Both the position numbers and the translations under genes were made by a program. Below, piece after piece: positions 10,439-20,000 of a stretch of DNA of 20,000 nt. Numbering within the stretch: position 1 is the stretch's first letter; the number at the start of each line of letters is the position of its first letter. Origin of the DNA: Catajapyx aquilonaris (taxonomy: Eukaryota). The stretch spans positions 171,366-191,365 of the forward strand of contig JYFJ02000044.1 in NCBI GenBank assembly GCA_000934665.2. Reading direction: 5' to 3'. The notes under the pieces are model-generated. The model did not search any database. It was not told where the DNA came from and saw nothing but the letters and a program-made list of their open reading frames with translations.

Positions 10439-13194
10439 CTGTAAAGAATTCAAGTTTTTCATTAGAAAATTGGTTCATTTTTTAAAAATTCATATATTAT
10501 ATCCTTGTTCTTTTGGTAGCCAGTTCTTCAGATGTGCAACGGTGCCTGTCAAAAAAAGGAAACCGGTACTTTTTTTTCCTAGACTCATTTCCCTTTTGCG
10601 CCTCTGCTCATTCCACGCTCAGAGAGTGTATTGCAATTGCTCTCGAGTTTGTAATTTGGGAGCCATTTTCCCAAACGGCTCTCTGCGGCGTCCCACTTGC
10701 ATGTGCATCCACAGAGAGACAGAAAAAAAAGATGGGCGAAAAAATATATATATCAAGAAGAAGAAAGTCTTCTAGTTCTCTGGGACCGGAACAATTTTTT
10801 CCGGGTTTCCGGACTTAATCCGTCACAAAGAGAACTAATCAGGCGTTTCTACACAAAAGGCCATCACAGTTTGCCAAGCAGCTGGAAAAACTTTCATCCG
10901 ACGCCCAAGATTAACCTGTCCTCCAAGTCCAAACTTCCCAAAGGGGGGTGAGGAAAAGGAGAAAAGGAGTCAAAATCTGAGAAATATTAACGAGCCGAAG
11001 CTTTTTGGGACAAAAAGTAATTTTTTTTAATGTTGAGACTTGAGGGAGTACGTGAAGTAAAATGGTTCGAAACTGTGTTTTTCACTTGGAAATGAATACA
11101 AGCAAGTGCAGACGGGGTAATTTATCGTCTTCGGCTTCAAAGGCTGATTTCGTACAGTGTTAGGCTTGGAAGGAAAGGAAACGATGCGATAAATCATCCG
11201 ATTTCAAATCATTTTCTGTTGGAGGATATATTTTTTTTTATATCCAGAGAGTCTGGAATTGGATGGTTAGATGGAACCCACTATGTTTTACTGGAAAAGG
11301 TTGTTGCGGGCACGAATTAAGTTCGCCCCTAATGTGAGCCTTGGCTTGGAGGGAATTTCATTCCCAGTTCACACCTAATGTGAATATAATACTGCGGTGT
11401 TGAGCCCAGGGCGGTTACAATTTTCTAGGAATATATTGCAGTACAGTGTCTAGGTAATACTGCAGACCAGTTCACTGTATATAATGACATCTGTGAAAAC
11501 TAGAGTGCATATTGCCAACGGATTTGTAACGAGCATCTACAGTCTAGTGACACCCGGTTGATAAATGGCGGCTCTTCCGTCCCCCTCCCTAAACCCAACA
11601 CCAGCAGAGCCCCCTACCATTAGTTTTGCCAGACTGAAATTTCCACCTCTCTCTTGTCATTGGCTTGTTTGGCTGTTGAAATGGGCTTGTTGGGACTACC
11701 CCCATTTTTCCGCAATGCTAATTAGACTTCCTGCCCTTCCTCCTCTCTGCGTTTTTTAACCGTAGTAGTTACCAGCAAATGGGGGGTATCGGCCTAATAA
11801 AGGTGCCAGCCACTAATGAGAGGGGTCACAATCGAGTTGGCTTGATTGGGTCGAGGCCACTGCAAGTATCAATGACCGCAATTATGATTGCTAGAGCCGG
11901 AATTAACCAGAACTGATTTAATGGTTCCATTAATTTTTTTTAGAAAATGGAACGTTCCTTACACCTACTGCAGACTAGCAACGTGCCACATTTTCCCAAG
12001 GAGCAGCAGTGGTGCAAGACGAATCCCTGTTGGTCTGGTAAAGGACAAGTTGGACGAGTAACAAGGTTAGTCTAAGGTGGGAGAAATGGAGAGATTAAGC
12101 TTGGTTTTGGAGGAGGAGGAATTGGGTTAGTTGGAGGCTGGGTCACATCAGTCAGCGTCTCAGCTCGACTTGTCGCCTCAGCTCCGATCTAGTCATACAC
12201 ACGTTCAAGCAAAACCGTGCCTCCCTAAAAAAAAACATGGACGAGATGGATTGCTCCTCCATTTTCTATCTTTACTATGCTCAGGTGCAGTGACAAACGC
12301 AGAGGATTATCCGACCTGAAGGATAGTTATTCGGCTCATTACCTTTCCCCATGGCAAGTTGGCCGGAGTCAACCTGGAGTCGTTTCGCCTAATTAATAAA
12401 CGGGCCAATAATTCCTTAGGCGACTAATCCGCATAGCTGCAAAAGGTGCAAATTTGCTTTGTTTTACCATTTGAAACTGGTCCCTAAGGAAATACTATAT
12501 ATCTTTCAGGACCTCTGCAGCGCCTTCCAATTTTAGGGGTGTTCCCACAGGCTGGTCCTCCAATGTGGTGTAAATGATGTGATAAATATACATAAGGCAC
12601 TCTGGGTATGTAGCCTGGAGCTCCAGAAAAAAAAATGTAGCTCGATGCTATCAGGCACCGTAATCACAACCGGTGTAAAATGGACAACCAACGCGTCACT
12701 TTCTGCTCGCCCCACAAAATCCGCCCGACCAGACAAAGTGTGACAAACAGTCGTTTTTTTTTTGAGTCGGCTTGAAAACATTGTGCACCCCCCTGGCTTT
12801 GCTCTAATTAGGAAATAATAATTAGAGTCCTGATCCTGAGGGTAGCCCCCAACTAATGCAGCTTTATGATGAGGCCAAACGCGGTGGGCCCCGACCCAAC
12901 ACGCACTCGGGAATGCAATTAAGGGATGTACCCAGATACGGACTAATTCCTTTACGGATGGACGCCTCGCAGCTTTAAATAGTGGGAAGCTTGTTTCATT
13001 ATAACACTCTATGTAACACCTGTCGCATACCCGATTACACCCGATTCTCACCTGGTATAGTACAGGTGAACAAATGTGTGTGGGATGTTCTCATAACGCT
13101 TTAATCAGTTTAATGTGTGGAAAAATTACACACTCACGCATGATTTACACATCCATTAAAATTTCAACCCATGACTGAATTTATTTTAAATTTT

Positions 13195-13545
13195 TTAAAG
13201 ACTTTCTCTCTACAAACAAAAGTCTTATAGAAGGGCTGTCTGTCTGTTTGTGGACAGGTATCAAGGCCTAAACAGCGAGAGATATCGACAAACTGTTTTT
13301 GGATTTGGATTCAGCGGACTCGAAATAGGTTACATGGTCAACTTCAGGTGACCAGCCACTTCCGGTTTCCGGGTTCACTCTTGTCATCCAAGGTCAAGTC
13401 TCATGCTTTAGAAATGATTTTTCTTAGGTTGACAACGAGAAATGAGTCTGACAAGATTCCATGTCATTGTTATCCAATTTTAATTTCCTTGGCCATGAGA
13501 AAAAGTATACTCGAATCACGCTCGCGTGATTTGCCAATCTTGTTT
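13195..13545 (+). mobile_element. DINE-1/HINE-like (Helentron-associated) non-autonomous element
   Basis: T-run, then AAGACTTT (13198-13205) with its inverted copy AAAGTCTT (13219-13226), and a CTGTCTGTCTGTTTGT microsatellite (13236-13251). The 3' end has a partial inverted terminal copy AGAAAAAGTATA (about 13498-13509), a hairpin AATCACGC-TC-GCGTGATT (13514-13531) and terminal CTTGTTT. This order matches DINE-1-like architecture. Confidence 0.65.
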
Positions 13546-16500
13546 AAATGCACAAATGACAAAACAAGATTCTAGGCATAATTATTTGGATTAACCAGCT
13601 GTTTTTGGATACACCTTGATCATGTGTAATGTAAAACTTGCTTATGTTCAGAACCCCCTAACAGTGTTGCAAACAGCTCCGCTTAACATGCAAATAACAT
13701 ATTGCAACAAGATTAGGTCGGAATCGGTTTAATGCGGCGACAGGGTTCCATACAAGATGTGATTTGGTCGTTTAGCTCTTCCCATCTGTGATTAGCTGTG
13801 ATAGGTAAAGTTTGCCGGTGTCATTTAGACTCACGTTTATGACTCGATTTGCGCCGCGTTGCTTATTGGCCTGGATTAATCCGCGGATTTATGTGACCCA
13901 AATATGATTATTTTCGTCGGGGACACACTGTGCGAGAGCGCCAGACCGGAATTTCCGGATTTAGACGCACCGATTGTTTTTCTCTATTTCCATAATCAAT
14001 TACTTGTACACTTTGAGGTAATAGCGACGTGTCTGGAATGTGTTATGAACTATAGCCGTAATTTTTTATACGAAACTGTTCTGGTGATTAATTTTGAAAC
14101 ACTGTGAGTTTTGGAAAATTGTGTCTAGAATTAATTACTCAACACCGAGCGTACAATTACCAAGACAAATATTGCCTTTGAATAAATGTAGGAGCTTGAT
14201 TGATTCAACGTATGCAAAGAGCTGTGTTGCTATATACGTCGACTTTCACGGTACTTAATTGTCGCAAGCAATTTGGCATGCAGCCATCTTAAGATGTTCT
14301 GTTCAGTTTTACAGGAGAATCGCCTTGATAAACTGTCTCCCAAGTTACAGAAGGCGGTAACTTGAAAGGGTCATAAACATTGGTCATTAAACTTCGATTC
14401 GACGTATAAAATTGTAATGAATTTTCGTGCCTAAAATCTTGGTTCGGATCCAATTAAAAGACAGGTAGACCAAACGGCACAAAGGCCATAAAGTTCGTAC
14501 CGAAACCGACACATACCGGTACCCTCGATAAATAAATTATGCATCAACTTCCCAACAGGCACGTAATTTAGCCAAGTTACACTTACGTCTTCCACGCATA
14601 CTCTGGTTTATTTACGAAATTGTGTACTCGGCATAGTGCAAGCCGGTTTTCGCTCCGATGCTCCTGGCCTTTTGTTAAATTAGGGAAACGTTTCTCTTTT
14701 GCAGCCTCCTCGACTGCTGCAGAAGGCCGAGAGAGCGTGCCTTGCTCTATTCGCAACCAGGCAACTTGCCTCTATTAGATTACGCAACGTGTCTCAAATT
14801 TAAGACTGAGGTTTCCCCACAAACGCTGTTCGAGTCTACCTCCCTTTTTGCTGCGGAAAAATTGTAGGGTGTACCGCAATAATTCAACTCAGTAACTGCA
14901 TAGTACAGTGTACAATTTGCTGAAAAATCCAATCAAAAATTTACTAGGACAGTGCACCAACGTACATTTACAGCCAGTTAATTGCGCTTTGGAATGCGCT
15001 TTCTGTACTAGCATCCGGCCCTGTCGTAATGTGAATCGACACCACCCGGAACAGTTTACGTAACCGTTAGCTTTGTTGGCCAAAACTTTGCGGAAATTAA
15101 GGGGGTTGGAAACTCATCAAACTGAAACGCTAAGAGTTTAAAACTTTATGTTTTTTTTTCCTTTTGGACAGCTGGAGCAAAGTTGTCAGCTACGTCTCCT
15201 CCTCCACCAATTCCGTCTTACAATTTAATCAATCCTGCATTTTTATTCCTCCAAATAAGACGGTGAATGAATTATCCAGATTCACTGCTGCGAAAATTCA
15301 ATTAGATTCAGGACACGGTTGCGGTTCTTCACTGCTACAATCGGATGAAGGAACTCTGATTTCTGCACCAGTAATTTTCTTGCCGGACTTTTTTTTTCTC
15401 TTTACCGTTCCTTGAATTCTCAAGAGGCCTAGTATTTGAACGTTATTGGAAGACGCCATGCTGCGATTTGCATTGCTCATTTTTTAAACTAATATCAGCC
15501 AACCATATTGCAGGTATGTTTATATCAACAATTCATACTAAAGATATTTTTTTTCCAGAGCTTTTTAGCCAAAGCTGCTCCAGCATGTATGATTAACATT
15601 TGCAATTGCAGAAACGTAAGCACACCAAAAATTATGAACGGTTTTTCCTCGCTGTTTTTAATCCCAGTAATAGTTGCAGGTGACAAACGGCGAACGTCCC
15701 TAACGCTTATGGTTATAGGCTACTCCGAGTCATCCCAACTTTTAAAGCTCTTTACGTCGCTTCATAATCCTGCACATCAAGGGATAAACCCTGGGAACAA
15801 GCCAGAATGGTCCTTGGATCAACGCAGCTGCGGCGCTTTTTTGTAGGTTCCGAAAAGGAAAAGATGGCTTATCTTTCATATAAATTGCACAGTCACCTGC
15901 TAAGCACTTACCGCTTCTTGCTATTCAGCTTTCCGGACTCTCGCTGGACGGGCAGTATAACCCTGAAAAGACAGAAGACATTGGTTTTATTACTGATTTT
16001 TAGATCTTTACACATGTCACGGGCCGTCACATTAGCTTAACCTCCAGTCACGGTCAGTCACGCTACCTTTCATTTCCTACCAGTATGAAGCACTTTACGG
16101 ACAACCACAAATTACTAATTTCGTATACAGCATGTCCAGGTTGCAAAACCGCGAAGAAAAGTTTGTCTAACCACAGTATGTCGCTAACTCAAACTTTTTT
16201 CCCCCTATACGTATACTAGCGGCTTTAGTTGACGTCCGGCCGATGATAAACTGCCCGTTGCACTGACCAAACAGGGCACATGCTGCGGGAAGGTCGTGTC
16301 ACAAGCACATGCCTCATTTCGCGGCCTAATTGTACTGTGCGTATGTGGATAGTCAGTACGAGTATTTTTTTTCCAGAGTTTGCGTCCAGCGGCGATTCTT
16401 ATTGGAGCGGAAAGGATCCGGAAACTCGTTTACAACTGTGGGTTTATGTCACGCCTGTTAGGAAAAAAGTTGGGTAAATGATTGCAACTAGTGGGCGTGA

Positions 16501-19500
16501 GAATGACTCAATATTTGATTTGGAGGACTCACAAAATGGGTTAAGTAATGTCTTTGTTTTATTAGAGTCATCAAAGTAAGGCAAATTGGAAGTTTGCAAT
16601 GTTGGTCAGCGAAATATCTAGCTACTGATGGTACACAGTACACACTGTTTCAAAATATAGGCACAAAATTATTAATTGTTGGCGTGAGGAGCTTTCAGGT
16701 TGAACCTTGTTTTCATGAAACGAACCGCATTTTTATAACGAGACAGGATCATTATACGGTGCGTAACCTTCATGCTTGCTAACTATTGTCTTTATGTTGC
16801 TCAACACGCGATATCACAATGTACGTGACTGTCACGGCCAGATTGTAAAGTCAGGCAAGTCCAAAAAATAATTGAAACCATCCACAAGTTCACGAATTAC
16901 TGTATTTATAATTACTGTTCCTGAACAATGCTGCACACACAACATTGGTCATCATCTTAAACAATCATAAAAATTAGAGTTAACATTCTGCCAGGTTTAT
17001 ACCACCTACTGTAGCCATTGCAAATGCAAAACAGCGGTGCAATTACTCAACTTTAAATATTTTTCATACTAAGAAAATAGGTACCGGTATTTAAAATTGA
17101 GTTTCATTTTTTCATCTAGTACTAGCAGTAATCATAACTTTTCATAGAAATTATCGTGCTGCCTCAAATCAACACTGCTGAAACCCCTTCATCAACGGAG
17201 GCTATGCGTAGGATATATAACTTTTAATTCATAACATAAATGAGTTTCCTCTTGCTCTTTTAACGTTATATTGGTACAATATTGCACTAAAAATTTAATT
17301 TAAATGTGAACGCCACTGCTGAACCGCAGGATAATTAAAAATACATTTATTCGCTCTTATTTGCTTCAAACAAAGATTAATGGCACTGTAGCGAGTGCAA
17401 TACTGTACACTGTACAGTGTCAATATCAAGCAATTCGCTTAATATTTCAAACCTTCACTGTATACAGGGTGCTCCATATACTACAAACGTCGAAATTGAT
17501 ACGGGCATGGATTGTTGTGAGCGAGAGTTTGAGGCATCCATCCAGATCCTTGTGGGTTTGAAGCTGAATAAAAAAAGTAAGAAAAAAAAACGAAGAAGAG
17601 GTTGGAGGTTCCTGAGCATAGATTGCGGAGCTCATTGTGTTCCCGGATCCGTATCCGCCCCGAATAACATCCTTCCAAACGCTTCCTGCTGACTATGAAT
17701 ATAGAGCGTGGTGGGGGTCGGGTGCTGCTGGGAATGATCTGAAACATTTCTGCGCCAGGAGGGGATTTTGGCTCTCCAGACATGGCTTCGAATCAGACTC
17801 ACCTTTTTCCGCATTCTGAGGTGAGGGTCTATCCGCCTCGCTTTTAAACGCCCGCGCACACCCGCATTCCCAATTTAAACAGAAACGTGAGCTTTTTTTT
17901 TTGGTAGGTTTCCGGGTGCCAGCCAAAAAAAATGTGTGCAGGACCAGGCAGGCGGTGGTGCAAAAATTATGGCGAATTTGGATGCTAATTTTGAAGGTGC
18001 TCCGGAACGGATGAGCACCTTGTGTTATGTCTTGCCAATTACGGGACTCGCATGAGAATTAATCCGGAGGCGTCCCCGGACTTCATAATGCAGGTTGCTT
18101 CAGTTTAAAATTCTGCCAGTATGCCAGTTGCTAATTTGTTGAAATATTCAGGCATGTACGCTTTTAAAAATTAAATTCTGTACATACATATATGTAGCTG
18201 TGATTGGACGGTTTGGGTTGGGTTTAGTGACTACGCTTCAATTTTTCTTAAAATTCTAGGGTATGGAACAGTTGACGTACTAAAGCTGCAATGTAGCCCG
18301 AGGCTAAAGCGACACAAATTATGCGTAATATTTTCGTTAATAGCATGTAGTGTGCGACTATATGTATGACATCAAAGCTCGGGCGCGTTAAGAGTAACAA
18401 AATTACTGCACCAGCCCCGAAGTAAAGCGAAGCTGTCTTTTGCCTCAGCTCGTAAGCAAGGCATTTAAACCTCCAAGTTCGCACACCAGACTGGCCACTG
18501 AAGTGCGTCGTACCGGAATTAATGCGTTCCCATAATAATATATACCACGGCTGAGTGTTCCTGAGAATGCCCGCCAAGAGACACGTAAAGCAGAGGCCCT
18601 TGTTGCTTCCAATTTGAGGCTCTGTCTTTGAAGGTAGATGATCAGAGATGAAGGATCGCAATTCATCAGTGGCAGAAGCCATATAACCCCGGCCCAGAGT
18701 TCGAAGGACCTCACGCTGAAGGAATTTTAGGAGAAAAGAAAGGAAGGAAGCAAACAAGACTGGAACAAGTGGGTTTGGGGCGCCCTTGGGCAATCCCATG
18801 CGTTCGGAAGGTACGTGGCGAATTGGCTGCCACGTCTCGCCATTACTAAAATGAAGGGTCCGAGAAAGAGAAAGCGCCAGCCCCTTACATCCTTCTCACT
18901 TTTTTTTCTTCTTCTTCTAAGACTCCTGTATCTTCCATCCAAGTTCAGGCAGCACAATCCATCTCATTTGATCCCCCCTTTTTTTATAATTTTCTACTCG
19001 TGTTTTGGGCAAAAGGAGGGCAACGTGAGTGAATATTTCACTGCAAGGCGGTGCATTGCAGTTTGCACTGCAGCTGATGAAAAGTCGCACCACATATGCG
19101 ATGCGATGGTATGAATTGAAAAATTAGTACATCAAGGTGCATACGCACAACAGGCAACGTTGACATTCTCTCACTTATAGGCCTAGTATTAATCAATTAA
19201 TACAATTATAATAGTATAAATTGAAAATAATGAAGGCCTCCAATTATTTCGTGCTGAGCCTCCACGCAGGAATCAGATTATAGTTTTCGCATGGCTGACA
19301 ATTGAGGCCTCGCTCTGTACAATATGGCGCAAGATCGCAAGTATTCGGAATTAAGCTTGTCAGTTTCAAAATCACGATCCTTGCCAAATAGGCATCAGCG
19401 AGCAAAGTTAGAAGGCGTAAGTCATCGGTGCGCAGATCCTAGGCATTGCTCTATATATCCCCCCCACCACCCTCCCAGTATATATTCCAACTTCGGTGCA

Positions 19501-20000
19501 ACTTGTCCTCGGGGGACTTTCAAATTGCTATCTCTCCATCACAAACTCAATTAATCAACTCTGCTCGTCGTCCCCATCCGTGTATATATTCTGCAGGAGC
19601 CTACCTGAACCTTGTGGGCTGAAGTGCAATACTTTGGAATAATAACTGGGGCCGGTATTAGTCCTGTCAAGGGAAAACGCTCAGGCGATGCAGCAAAGGC
19701 GCGCATTTAACCAGCTTTCTGCTGCTGTTATTTCAAAGTCGTTTCACATAATTGTACTAGTTTAGCCCTCCTCCATCCTTCCCATCTTCTGGAATGTTTG
19801 TTTTCCGTTTGGCAGCCGAGTTCAGAGAGCAGTCAAGGTGAATATTATTCTGCTCCGATGAACTTGTGCAATCTGTGACGTGCGGTGGTTGGAGAGATAT
19901 ACAGCGTAGAACACGCGTTATTTTCAAAATAATATAACTGAACGTGTACGGTACGTAAATTATTTGCACCTGAAACAGTACCCTACTGCAGCCTCAATAA

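Noticed and set aside
12533..13051. 172-aa minus-strand ORF
   Set aside because: GTG start, crosses homopolymer runs, no recognisable domain.
2517..18021. Scattered short hairpins (about 2519-2550, 6520-6544, 12385-12423, 14341-14364, 17994-18021) and a lone TGACGTCA at 2283-2290
   Set aside because: Arms of 8-10 bp and single 8-mers are plausible by chance or as TE debris; no supporting context.
18248..18799. Longest ORF (183 aa, minus, ATG start, hydrophobic patches)
   Set aside because: No recognisable motif. The N-terminal hydrophobicity comes from a pyrimidine tract, and the length is not clearly beyond chance for 20 kb. Would need homology or expression evidence.

Overview
Eukaryotic, probably arthropod, genomic DNA that is mostly non-coding. 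The one confidently identified gene is a minus-strand, intron-containing class A aminergic GPCR of the invertebrate 5-HT1 (5-HT1A/1B-like) serotonin receptor type, which the ORF track does not show in its true frame. Three coding exons, join(complement(10349..10386, 9815..9990, 8388..8521)), give the first 116 aa: [116 protein letters not shown] (N-terminus, TM1, TM2). I found no TM3 (DRY) exon, so the gene continues past the left edge through an intron of more than 8.3 kb. That intron holds an apparent fossil ORF (about 4299-6188, broken by stops, one homopolymer frameshift and an insertion flanked by a 9-bp direct repeat) and a weaker second remnant (about 459-1560). Also present: a DINE-1/HINE-like non-autonomous element (about 13195-13545), a cluster of three abutting palindromes in intron 2, an (ATT)19 microsatellite, a dispersed GGATA...(T)CC(T)TC motif family and an out-of-frame overlapping uORF. 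I found no firm evidence for a wholly new biological system.
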